Below, in pieces: positions 47,891 through 56,933 of a DNA stretch of 64,000 nt; position 1 is the stretch's first letter, and each line of letters begins with the position of its first letter. Below the pieces are notes generated by a model. That model was given only the letters and a program-made list of their open reading frames with translations. It did not search any database and had not been told where the DNA came from. Origin of the DNA: Minisyncoccia bacterium (GTDB lineage Bacteria; Patescibacteriota; Minisyncoccia; Phycocordibacterales; Phycocordibacteraceae); assembly GCA_038912545.1 (NCBI GenBank), contig JBCLFD010000001.1, forward strand, positions 18,956-82,955. The letters are read 5' to 3'. The position numbers and the translations under genes were made by a program.

Positions 47891-48706
47891 TTAAATCCGA
47901 CCTTTCTTTTTTAACAAAGTATTTATTCTTTCGGCCACCTCTTTAAGGGTGACCTTGGCTTTGATGAAATAGTCGTCTGCTCCGAGTTTCTTGCCGTCTT
48001 CTATTTCGTTATCTTGACCAAGGTTTGAGAAAATGATAACCGATATGTCTTTGGTGCGTGGATCAGCCTTCATTTTCTTCAGCACTTCTAAACCGTTTAT
48101 ACCTGGCATCAAAATGTCCATAAGAACAACGTCAGGAATAGTACTCTCAAAAAATTTAAGAGCCTGCTCACCGTCTGATGCTAACGATACAGAGTACCCC
48201 TCCTTACTCAGGCGAGTAACGGCGATAGACGAAAGGAATGAGTCGTCCTCGACAATCAGTATTTTTACCCCGTTCAGCGACTTTTTAGTTTCTTCCTGAA
48301 CGATTGATTTATTCTTTAAGAACCTTCGCATCTTCTCGAGTACCTCTTCGGGGCTGAACTGGGCCTTGACGATATAGTCCTTGGCGCCCAGTTGCAGGAT
48401 TCTATCGATCTCCATTGTCTGTCCAGAGTTCGAAATAACGATAACGGGGATTTTCTTGAGCTCCTCATCTTTGTTCATTGTTTCTAAAACCTCGTATCCG
48501 TTCATTTTAGGCATCACGATGTCGAGCAAGACAATGTCTGGCTTCACCTTGCGCATTTTCGCGAGCCCTGCTTCACCATCTTTTTCCCAAAATGCATTGT
48601 AGCCCTCGGATGTTATCTTGCTCAACAGTATTTCCCCGAGGATATTCTCATCCTCAATTATGAGGACCGTCTCGCCGTCTAGGGGAATCACATTGTTATT
48701 GTTCAT
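47891..48706 (-). CDS. Tandem double-receiver response regulator (no output domain)
   Basis: Two REC domains: IIEDE/LLDIVMP/YIVK and IVEDD/LMDILMP/YFIK. Confidence 0.9.
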   Translation of the reverse strand: MNNNNVIPLDGETVLIIEDENILGEILLSKITSEGYNAFWEKDGEAGLAKMRKVKPDIVLLDIVMPKMNGYEVLETMNKDEELKKIPVIVISNSGQTMEIDRILQLGAKDYIVKAQFSPEEVLEKMRRFLKNKSIVQEETKKSLNGVKILIVEDDSFLSSIAVTRLSKEGYSVSLASDGEQALKFFESTIPDVVLMDILMPGINGLEVLKKMKADPRTKDISVIIFSNLGQDNEIEDGKKLGADDYFIKAKVTLKEVAERINTLLKKKGRI

Positions 48707-48742
48707 GAAGACAGTGTATCAGATTAATGACATAGATATTCT

Positions 48743-50482
48743 CTATGGTATCACAGAAACCGGTACCGTGAAATGGAAAGTCGTCCCCACATGCTCGACG
48801 CTTTCGAACCACATAGCACCGCCGTGCTTCTCCACAATGCTCTTCGCGATGAAGAGCCCAAGTCCTGAACCGTTAGTTTGGATTTTCAGGGCGTTATCAG
48901 CACGGAAAAACTTATTGAAGATGCTTGTTTGCTGAAGCTTCGGTATCCCCACTCCATTGTCCTGTATTGCTACCTCAATCGTACCTGGAGTAAAGGAACA
49001 CGACACCGTTATTTCACCGCCGTCATTTGTATATAACATCGCGTTCTCCATCAGGTTTTGGATGACAGAACGTATTTTGTCAGGGTCCGCATACATAAAC
49101 GGCAGGGTAGGGGTCGGCTTATTGAAGACGAGTTTAATCTTGCGAGTCCCAGCCGGCCCAACGAAGTCCATGAGGGCGCTCTCTATGATGTCTTCGATGT
49201 GAACGGGAACTTTCTTGTATTCTACCTTGCCTGATTCTATGCGCGTCACCACCAGCATGTCATTAATGAGTCGAATGATGCGCTCATTGCTTTCATACCC
49301 CCTCATGAGTAAAGTACGCTGCTCGGTTGTGAGGTTTTCGATACTCTCTTTCTCCATAAGAATTGAGAGCGTCCATTTTATGGCAGAGAGCGGAGTACGG
49401 AGCTGGTGCGCAGCGACTGAAATGAAATCGGATTTTGCATTATCGAGCTGTTGCAACCGTTCGTTCGCCATTTTTAGATTATCGACAGTATGCGCTAATT
49501 CTTTCGTCCGTTTTGCTACGTCAGTCTCGAGCTTTTCCGTGTTGAACATAATGCGCTCAGCCATCTGATTGAAGACGGTTCCCAATTCGCCTATTTCATC
49601 TCTGCTATCAATGCTTGCGTGCATTGAAAAGTCACCCTCCGCAAGCCTGCGCGCGACGGTACGGAGCCGTGTGATTGGCCTAATAATGACATAGCGAGCG
49701 AAGAAAATGCTCACTAAGAGCGATAAGATGAAACCGACTAACATAATCGTACTGGTCGCAAAACGGACATCACTTTCGATCTTCTTGAGCGCACTCGTAG
49801 CTGCTTTCGTTTCGTCATTTGACGTAGCTACCATCTCACGCAGATTTACTATAACGAGATCTGCATAATAACGCGCGATAGTCATATGCTTCTTTGATTC
49901 GACCCTTGCGACTTCGGCCTGCTTTATATTTCCAGCACGTAAGGACGTAAGGTACTCTCTATGACTTTTGGTCGCCAGTGTAACATGATTGACGAACCCT
50001 TCATAATAGAGAGTTGCCTGAGCGGCGAAGTCGGTCTGTTTAGGCGACGACTCTCTCAGCACCAATGTGCCTTGGAGCGCGTTCTGTACCCATGCATCGT
50101 GATTCTGCCCACCACCGGATTTCTTGAATGCTTCTGTCTCGCTACCCCAAGTAATCGCCGACATAAACATTTTGAAGTGAACGGCCGAGGCATTGAAGTC
50201 GTTTTGGAGCGTATTCAGCTTGCCGATAAGTGCAGAATCGTCGATGTCGAGCGCTTGCTCTGCGGTAGATTGTCCAGTCACCATCAACGACAATGCCTCT
50301 TGAATGCTGCGGACCAGGGGCGTTTGTTCCAGCGTGATGATGTCAGAACTTTCTCCAATTCGTACCAATCCATAAAAAGATACTGCGGCGATTGCAATCA
50401 AGAAACATGACACAAACGCCAGCAGAAGAGTCATCTTCCACTGTATCCCGAAACGTAACAAAGAAGGTGCAGATGGCTTCAC
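48743..50482 (-). CDS. Sensor histidine kinase (2 TM, HAMP, HisKA, HATPase)
   Basis: DEIGELG..FN.M, AHQLRTPL, NLMENA, DNGVGI, GSGLGL. Confidence 0.93.
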   Translation of the reverse strand: MKPSAPSLLRFGIQWKMTLLLAFVSCFLIAIAAVSFYGLVRIGESSDIITLEQTPLVRSIQEALSLMVTGQSTAEQALDIDDSALIGKLNTLQNDFNASAVHFKMFMSAITWGSETEAFKKSGGGQNHDAWVQNALQGTLVLRESSPKQTDFAAQATLYYEGFVNHVTLATKSHREYLTSLRAGNIKQAEVARVESKKHMTIARYYADLVIVNLREMVATSNDETKAATSALKKIESDVRFATSTIMLVGFILSLLVSIFFARYVIIRPITRLRTVARRLAEGDFSMHASIDSRDEIGELGTVFNQMAERIMFNTEKLETDVAKRTKELAHTVDNLKMANERLQQLDNAKSDFISVAAHQLRTPLSAIKWTLSILMEKESIENLTTEQRTLLMRGYESNERIIRLINDMLVVTRIESGKVEYKKVPVHIEDIIESALMDFVGPAGTRKIKLVFNKPTPTLPFMYADPDKIRSVIQNLMENAMLYTNDGGEITVSCSFTPGTIEVAIQDNGVGIPKLQQTSIFNKFFRADNALKIQTNGSGLGLFIAKSIVEKHGGAMWFESVEHVGTTFHFTVPVSVIP

Positions 50483-50505
50483 GTCAGTACATTCGTCACG
50501 AGCGA

Positions 50506-51204
50506 TTACAGCTCGCTCTTTATCGAAGACACGTCAAACACTCCCTTCAAGACACCGATGACATTCTGCGTGGAGGGATCAATAATCGGGAGATAGATGG
50601 ATATTGCTTCTGTCTGAGAGCTCTTGTCAAACTCGATGTTCCCGTGGAACGTCATCCCGACGCCACCATTAAAACTATTTACCCACCAAGCTTCGTCCGC
50701 TTGGTAGTAGTCACTGGTCTTACCGGTCTGTCCCACATTCAGTCCGTAGATGTCTGTCACAAAGAGCTCGTTCAATCCTGGGGTGCTCTTTTTGTATGCA
50801 TTTAACTCGCTAGAAATTTTATTATTAAGGATTTTCTCAATAAAAGGCGTTATGCTTTTTGAAGCTATCCAAGCATCGTCGAGAACGGTAATGTCAGACA
50901 TCGATAGATTTTTATTCGTTTCATTGACAGCCAGAATCTCAGACGGCGCTGCCGAAGCAGATAAGAACTTCGTCAGCCCCTCCATTTTCTTTGCGAGAAT
51001 TCGTTCCACCTCTGGAGCGAGCGGTATCTCTTTGACCTTGGCTGCTTGCTCTCGAGTCATCGGCTGTCTCGGAGTGAGTCGAATCTCATTCATTGCCTTT
51101 TCCGAAACAGCAGACGGGGCTGAGACCGGCGTCCGACTTATATAGTAATAGAATCCCACACCAACGATAATCAAGACCGAGACAAAAAGTAATAATTTGT
51201 TCAT
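50506..51204 (-). CDS. Stand-alone membrane-anchored Cache/PDC sensor-domain protein
   Basis: ELFVTD..G.NV, TSDYYQADE.WW, IGVLK. Confidence 0.75.
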   Translation of the reverse strand: MNKLLLFVSVLIIVGVGFYYYISRTPVSAPSAVSEKAMNEIRLTPRQPMTREQAAKVKEIPLAPEVERILAKKMEGLTKFLSASAAPSEILAVNETNKNLSMSDITVLDDAWIASKSITPFIEKILNNKISSELNAYKKSTPGLNELFVTDIYGLNVGQTGKTSDYYQADEAWWVNSFNGGVGMTFHGNIEFDKSSQTEAISIYLPIIDPSTQNVIGVLKGVFDVSSIKSEL

Positions 51205-51436
51205 AAATTTAGGTGAGTGCGTATTAAGACCCGCAGTGAGTCAAGTTAATTATACACAATAGTACCGAAGGGAGCCGTTCCCTCTGTGGATATTCGCAAA
51301 ACATAAGAACGACCACAAATCAAACCCCAGACCGAAAGGCTTCAATCTGGTATGCTGAAACTCGCCAGAAGGCCTTTATGGGGCCTTCCACGGACCGAGC
51401 CGTGGCACAGCTGGCATGAGGCGAGCGTAGTAATAT

Positions 51437-51520
51437 GGGCATGTGGCGGAACGGTATACGCGCACGGTTCAGAACCGTGTCCCGAAAGGGTTGGAGGTTC
51501 AAATCCTCTCATGCCCACCA
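51437..51520 (+). tRNA. tRNA-Leu(CAG)
   Basis: CACGG-TTCAGAA-CCGTG, variable arm, CCA. Confidence 0.93.
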
Positions 51521-51521
51521 C

Positions 51522-51594
51522 GCGCGGTTAGCTCAGCTGGTAGAGCGCTTCGTTTACACCGAAGATGTCGCAGGTTCGAGTCCTGCACCGCGCA
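51522..51594 (+). tRNA. tRNA-Val(TAC)
   Basis: CTTCG-TTTACAC-CGAAG; 1 nt after tRNA-Leu. Confidence 0.93.
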
Positions 51595-51633
51595 CTTGAA
51601 ACCAAAAGTCATGGTATACCAGTTGATACGTAT

Positions 51634-52332
51634 ATGAATGAACGCGCAGACAACGTGATACCGGCTTGCGTCGGCATCATTATGGACGGCAATCGCCGTT
51701 GGGCGAAGGCGAAGGGTCTGCCAACATTAGAAGGACATACTGCCGGTTTCGCGAAAGCGAAAGAAATCGTTCAACACGCATTTGACCGTGGTGTGCAGAC
51801 CGTTGTCGTCTATGCCTTCTCTACCGAGAACTGGAATCGCGCGGCTGAAGAAGTTGGCTATCTGATGGACTTGTTCGCAAAGGCACTTGAGCGAGAGCTC
51901 GCTGAGCTCTCACGCGAAGGAGTTCGCGTACATTTTATTGGGGATCTTTCATATCTTCCCGAAAAACTGCGCAGTGCGGTAGAAAAGTTTGAAAAAGAAT
52001 GCGCGCAGAATGCGCGCGGTAAAACACTTGGTGTCGCGCTCTCCTACGGCGGCCGCGCCGAGATCGTTGCCGCGACAAACAAACTACTCCACGCGGGGAA
52101 GGAGGAGGTGAATAAAGAAGAGGTACATGCGGCGCTCTGGAGCGCAGACGTACCGGAGTTCGACCTCATCGTCCGCACCGGAGGCGCGAGACGTCTCTCC
52201 AACTTCTTCCCTTGGCAATCGGCATATAGCGAACTCTTTTTTGTTGATAAATACTGGCCTGATTTCACAACCGAAGATTTTGACACCATCCTCGCCGAAT
52301 ATGCCGAACGCGAACGACGTAATGGAAAATAA
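51634..52332 (+). CDS. uppS: Undecaprenyl diphosphate synthase
   Basis: IMDGNRRWA, YAFSTENW.R, SYGGR, RTGG..RLSNF..WQ. Confidence 0.96.
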   Translation: MNERADNVIPACVGIIMDGNRRWAKAKGLPTLEGHTAGFAKAKEIVQHAFDRGVQTVVVYAFSTENWNRAAEEVGYLMDLFAKALERELAELSREGVRVHFIGDLSYLPEKLRSAVEKFEKECAQNARGKTLGVALSYGGRAEIVAATNKLLHAGKEEVNKEEVHAALWSADVPEFDLIVRTGGARRLSNFFPWQSAYSELFFVDKYWPDFTTEDFDTILAEYAERERRNGK

Positions 52333-52969
52333 TCTTCCGATTCTATACGAAGACGCAGATGTAATCGCAATAGCGAAGCCATCTGGTATTCTCACAACCG
52401 AACTTCACTACGGTGTTGGGTACGTCCATCGGCTTGATCGCGACACTTCGGGCGTGCTCGTCTTCGCGAAGAATCAGATCGCGTATGACTATTTGCGAAA
52501 AGCATTTCACGACCGGGACGTGAAGAAAACGTATCTCGCATTCGTATATGGCGTACCGAAGGAGAAGAAAGGGACGATTGATTTCGATATCGGCCGTTCA
52601 CGCAAGGACTTCCGTCTCCGTTCGGCACAGCCGAAGGCGAAAGGGCGCCTGCGCGACGCGCTCACACGCTACGAAGTAATCGGGAAGACTCCGGACTTCG
52701 CCTTACTTAAAATGAACCCCGAAACAGGACGGACGCACCAGATTCGTGTACACCTAAAGGCGATTCACCACCCGATTGTATGCGATCCTCTCTACGCCCC
52801 GAACCAGAAACCAGCTCTCGGCATCTCGCGCCTCGGCCTCCATGCGTATCAATTAGATCTTCCACTCCCATCAGGCGGGCGCACGGATATCACGGCTCCC
52901 ATCCCCACCGACCTCGCCACAGCATTCGTTCACTTTACCGATTTGAAAGAAAAATTTGCTCTCGCATAG
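52322..52969 (+). CDS. RluA/RluD family pseudouridine synthase
   Basis: KPSG, VHRLDRDTSG, TGRTHQIRVH, LHA. Confidence 0.93.
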   Translation: MENNLPILYEDADVIAIAKPSGILTTELHYGVGYVHRLDRDTSGVLVFAKNQIAYDYLRKAFHDRDVKKTYLAFVYGVPKEKKGTIDFDIGRSRKDFRLRSAQPKAKGRLRDALTRYEVIGKTPDFALLKMNPETGRTHQIRVHLKAIHHPIVCDPLYAPNQKPALGISRLGLHAYQLDLPLPSGGRTDITAPIPTDLATAFVHFTDLKEKFALA

Positions 52970-52994
52970 TAGAGATGCTACAGTGCGCCGATAT

Positions 52995-53498
52995 ATGCAA
53001 AAGGTTAAACAGATGATAATGACGTCAGTAAATGTGGACGGGCGCGCGAATCTCGGCATTCGCGCGGGTGATACCGTGCGCGTCATCCAGAACATCGTTG
53101 AGCTCAAGAAGGGTCGCGGGACCGATAAGAAGGAGAAGACGATTAAGAATGCGCGCAAACAGACCTTTGAAGGTCTTGTCATATCTATGAAGCACGGCAG
53201 GGAGGCGGGCGCGACCTTCACGGTCCGTACGACGCTTTCCGGAATTGGCGTAGAGAAGACCTTTCCACTCTACTCGCCGATGATTGACTCTATTGAAATA
53301 GTGAAGCGCTCCAAGGTTCGTCGCGCGAAGCTCTACTTCATCCGCGAGAAGGCGACCAAGGCAGTGCGCCGCCAGCTACGCAATGCGCGTATGATGAATC
53401 AGAAGAGTGACGAAACGCTCCCCGTCGCGGCAGTTCCTGAAGAAGAGGACGCCGGTGAGGCTCCAGTAACAGAGACGAAAGAAGCGGTCGCAGTGTAG
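52995..53498 (+). CDS. rplS: 50S ribosomal protein L19
   Basis: GDTVRV, QTFEG, TFTVR, GVEKTFPLYSP, VRRAKLYFIR (start uncertain, 52995 or 53013). Confidence 0.95.
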   Translation: MQKVKQMIMTSVNVDGRANLGIRAGDTVRVIQNIVELKKGRGTDKKEKTIKNARKQTFEGLVISMKHGREAGATFTVRTTLSGIGVEKTFPLYSPMIDSIEIVKRSKVRRAKLYFIREKATKAVRRQLRNARMMNQKSDETLPVAAVPEEEDAGEAPVTETKEAVAV

Positions 53499-53532
53499 AC
53501 ACTAGTTTGTTATAGTTTCCGAGTGCGCATCT

Positions 53533-53617
53533 GCCCGGGTGGCGAAATTGGTAGACGTATCACCTTGAGGTGGTGACGCCTGTAATGGGCATGGAGGTTC
53601 AAGTCCTCTCCCGGGCA
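53533..53617 (+). tRNA. tRNA-Leu(GAG)
   Basis: TCACC-TTGAGGT-GGTGA, variable arm. Confidence 0.92.
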
Positions 53618-53714
53618 CAAAAAGAACGCCGAAAGGCGTTTTCTTTTTGTGCTGTAATTTAGCTTGTCATGAGCGAAGTCGAAATCGGAATTAAAACTGC
53701 TATAGTAATTGCAT

Positions 53715-54086
53715 ATGGAAACAAATAAAAACAATGTACTTATTATTGGTCTTCTTACCCTCATGCTCGGTCTCGTCATCGGATACTTTGTCGGTACAAG
53801 TCGTCCTAATGGAATGATGGGTTACAACACCAACGCTCCGACTACTATGCACGGTGCAATGGGTGGAATGATGGCTGGCTTGGAGGGCAAGACGGGAGAC
53901 GCTCTTGGTTTAGCATTCCTTGATGGAATGATTATTCACCACGAAGGAGCAGTGGAGATGGCAACCGTAATTCTTCAAGACACAAAACGACCAGAACTTT
54001 TCAAGCTCGCCAACGACATTATCACTGCTCAAACGCAAGAGATTGGAATGATGGAACAGTGGCGTAAGGATTGGTTCAACAAATAA
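53715..54086 (+). CDS. DUF305 (ferritin-like, CopM-like) protein
   Basis: FLDGMIIHHEGAVEMA...LA..II.AQ..EI..M..W. Confidence 0.85.
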   Translation: METNKNNVLIIGLLTLMLGLVIGYFVGTSRPNGMMGYNTNAPTTMHGAMGGMMAGLEGKTGDALGLAFLDGMIIHHEGAVEMATVILQDTKRPELFKLANDIITAQTQEIGMMEQWRKDWFNK

Positions 54087-54107
54087 TTCTATGCAGAAAA
54101 ACTACTT

Positions 54108-54497
54108 ATGAACAATTCAAAAATCATAGAATGGGTTTTGCGAATCGCCGTATTCGGTACATTTTTTGGACACGGCGTATTTGCGTTACAGGGAAAAGAA
54201 AAGTGGATTCAGTGGATAATGGACTTTGGTGGCTGGGACATAGTTCTAGCTACACAGCTTTTGTTTGCCGTTGGACTTCTTGATGTAGTGGTTGGTCTGA
54301 TTGTGCTCTTTAGGCCAATTCGTGCAGTTTTGCTTTGGGCTATAATATGGGCATCTTGGACCGCATTTATGCGTGTTCTACCTTTTATTGGAGATCCCGT
54401 CTGGGATTTCGTGGAACGATGGGCAAATATAGGCGCGCCATTGGCCCTACTCCTTCTTCTTGGTTGGCCAAAAAACTGGAGAGAATGGTTCAAATAA
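54108..54497 (+). CDS. DoxX-like membrane protein
   Basis: LRIAVFGTFFGHG, 3-4 TMs, FVERWAN...PLA. Confidence 0.7.
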   Translation: MNNSKIIEWVLRIAVFGTFFGHGVFALQGKEKWIQWIMDFGGWDIVLATQLLFAVGLLDVVVGLIVLFRPIRAVLLWAIIWASWTAFMRVLPFIGDPVWDFVERWANIGAPLALLLLLGWPKNWREWFK

Positions 54498-54524
54498 GAA
54501 ATAACGGCACATATATTAAGGGCT

Positions 54525-54550
54525 CGAAACGCATAGCGTTTCGAGCCCTT
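54525..54550. terminator. Bidirectional hairpin/terminator
   Basis: AAGGGCTCGAAACGC-ATA-GCGTTTCGAGCCCTT (starts about 54518). Confidence 0.55.
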
Positions 54551-54570
54551 GCCGACCCCAAATCTTGGGG

Positions 54571-54741
54571 TCAACGGAGTCCGAAGACCCAGTTCCAATC
54601 AATGTTGATGTAGAGAGTGGCGAGAACGATGCCCACTACGACCAACATCAAGTCATTTCGGGTCATCCTCCCCAGGCATGGGACCTTCTGGTCCCACCAG
54701 TTCTGACGGAACTGGTTTTCACGATAGTCTCTCATATCCAT
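54571..54741 (-). CDS. Small (56 aa) single-TM protein not in the ORF track
   Basis: MDMRDYRENQFRQNWWDQKVPCLGRMTRNDLMLVVVGIVLATLYINIDWNWVFGLR; GGAGGAG SD; TTGACT-17-TATCAT promoter. Confidence 0.6.
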   Translation of the reverse strand: MDMRDYRENQFRQNWWDQKVPCLGRMTRNDLMLVVVGIVLATLYINIDWNWVFGLR

Positions 54742-54834
54742 AACTCCTCCAAATGTTGAACCAGAAGTTATATGATAGCACTATCCGTATAAGAAGTCAA
54801 TAGCACCTAAAAACGAGGTGTATACTAGGGTTCT

Positions 54835-55371
54835 ATGGCTTTATTTACTGGCAAAGGCGATGGAGGTACGACAAAGGTTTTTGGCTGTAACCAACAGAGG
54901 ATTTCTAAATCGTCAGAATTACCCGAGGCGCTCGGCGCGTTGGATGAGTTGAATACCTATCTTGGATTTGTAAAAATGCGTGCAACGGGGTCGCTACACA
55001 TTGCAAAAGAAGTTCGCGCGGTGCAAGAAAATCTTTTTATCATCCAAGCGCAAACGGCGGGCGCGGATAAAAAATTAGCACCCACGATAGTGGGGGAGAT
55101 GGAAAAGTTTATTGGAGACATAGAAAAAGAAATTCCGCCGATTACCGGTTTCTCTATTGCCGGCGGTACCGAACTCTCTGCGATTCTAGACGTTGCGCGC
55201 ACTATTTCTCGACGCGCTGAACGCCGACTCATCGCGGTAGAAGAGAGCGGGTTGCGCACTATGCCACCCGAGACCAAAGCATATATGAACCGCCTTTCCT
55301 CACTCCTCTTCGCACTCGCCCGCCTCGCGAATCACGAGCAGGGCGTGAAAGAGGAAAACCCGCGGTATTAG
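54835..55371 (+). CDS. PduO-type ATP:cob(I)alamin adenosyltransferase
   Basis: FTGKGDGGTT, GALDELN, ARTISRRAER, YMNRLSSLLF.LAR. Confidence 0.9.
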   Translation: MALFTGKGDGGTTKVFGCNQQRISKSSELPEALGALDELNTYLGFVKMRATGSLHIAKEVRAVQENLFIIQAQTAGADKKLAPTIVGEMEKFIGDIEKEIPPITGFSIAGGTELSAILDVARTISRRAERRLIAVEESGLRTMPPETKAYMNRLSSLLFALARLANHEQGVKEENPRY

Positions 55372-56084
55372 TGATTCGTGTGCTCCGCGTGCAAGCCGAT
55401 TTCGTGGATAGAACGGTTGCGATGCACTAACTCATCGTTACGAACCGAACAGAAGAATTCATATTCGGAACGTGGGTGTCGCCCGTACCACGCGAGGAAT
55501 TCGCTCGTGATAGAACGTTCTCGTAACGTGTGTTCATTTTCCTTAAGGAAGCGCGAATATTGATCAAAAGCATGCTGCTCAAAGAGATAGTTCGTTTCAA
55601 GCGACCAGCGCGGACAGACGAGGTAAAGCAGGTACGAAATCCAGAAATAGAAGAACGCAAAGAACATCGGAACGAAGGTATAACGGAAGAACCCAGTGCG
55701 CGAGTGTGTGCGGGCGAGTGCAGATATTACCACCACATGCATCGTCTCGTTGTCGCCAGCGAAACGGACGAAACGCGAAACGGTTGAAAGTCGTAGTGCC
55801 CGCGTCTCGTCCGCGTAAAAGAGTGTAAGCAAGGTAAAGATTGCTGAGTCCCACGAGTGGTAGGGGACACGCGCAATCACCTCTATGGCACGAAACTTCA
55901 GATACGAGGGTTTGTTACCATAGAAAATATTTCCGCACGCTATAAGGAATCCGCCGAACAGGCGCGGGAAGAGTGCGGGATGATAATTATCATACGGCGC
56001 TGCATAGTCGGCGCGTGCCGTATCGTCGTTGAGCGACTCTACAAGCTGTTCGAAATCGGCCTGTTCATGAAGCATCAGATGCAC
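55368..56084 (-). CDS. Alternative oxidase / PTOX family diiron protein
   Basis: EVIARVPY, NETMH, FEQHA...Y, VRNDELVH. Confidence 0.85.
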   Translation of the reverse strand: MHLMLHEQADFEQLVESLNDDTARADYAAPYDNYHPALFPRLFGGFLIACGNIFYGNKPSYLKFRAIEVIARVPYHSWDSAIFTLLTLFYADETRALRLSTVSRFVRFAGDNETMHVVVISALARTHSRTGFFRYTFVPMFFAFFYFWISYLLYLVCPRWSLETNYLFEQHAFDQYSRFLKENEHTLRERSITSEFLAWYGRHPRSEYEFFCSVRNDELVHRNRSIHEIGLHAEHTNH

Positions 56085-56157
56085 AATACCACGGAACGAG
56101 AGCGTAATCGTAGTATTCGTGTTATAAAAATTGAGTCTGCCAGCTGGCGGATAACAT

Positions 56158-56230
56158 GGCGGCTATGGTGTAACGGTTAACACTGGAGCTTGTGGAGCTC
56201 TCAATTCGGGTTCAATTCCCGATAGCCGCC
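56158..56230 (+). tRNA. tRNA-His(GTG)
   Basis: 8-bp acceptor GGCGGCTA/TAGCCGCC (G-1), loop TTGTGGA. Confidence 0.92.
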
Positions 56231-56271
56231 CTAAACGTTTGTGTTAGCATAGCGCTACAATGCTTTCGCAT

Positions 56272-56913
56272 ATGAAAACACTTTTTTACGGCACTCTGCT
56301 TATTATTCTCATCGGATTCGGCGGGTTCATGTACCGCAACGCCGTGGAGCGCTCTTCACAACCGATTGCCTGTCCGATGGATGCAAAAAAGTGTCCAGAC
56401 GGCACTGAGGTCGCACGCATCGGTCTTTCCTGTACGTTCTCTGCATGCCAGCCGCCGAATGTAACACTGCCGGACGTTGGCATTTCTTATGCCATACCCG
56501 AAGGATTCGTGCTGACGACACTGTCGGACGGCGCGAGCGTTGTTGAGTACGAAATGCCCGGCCAGACTCCAGAGGAACCGTCCGGCATCGTGGTCCGCCG
56601 ATACGCGATTCCCGCATCGTCAACGGCACTCGCGACTATCCAACAAACCGCAATCGGGGGCGCCTCCGGCGAGCCAGTACCAGCCACGTTATTCTCGTCA
56701 TCAATCATAGATGGACGCCGCTTCACCGTTGTTTCTATAGAGCGGTTTGAAGGAGTGATTACCACATCCTATTATCTTGCGCGCGGAACCGACGTACTCC
56801 GCTTTGACGCGATTGATCGCGGTACCGATTGGACCAATCCGCAATTGGATATTTCAACGCTCCCCGCGCACAAGGCACTGGTGAAGCTACTTGGTGGACT
56901 GCAAGGCATATAG
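56272..56913 (+). CDS. Membrane-anchored hypothetical protein with CxxDAKxCPDG motif
   Basis: N-terminal TM, ACPMDAKKCPDG..V.R....C.F..C. Confidence 0.7.
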   Translation: MKTLFYGTLLIILIGFGGFMYRNAVERSSQPIACPMDAKKCPDGTEVARIGLSCTFSACQPPNVTLPDVGISYAIPEGFVLTTLSDGASVVEYEMPGQTPEEPSGIVVRRYAIPASSTALATIQQTAIGGASGEPVPATLFSSSIIDGRRFTVVSIERFEGVITTSYYLARGTDVLRFDAIDRGTDWTNPQLDISTLPAHKALVKLLGGLQGI

Positions 56914-56933
56914 GGAAGTGGTATGATGACCTT

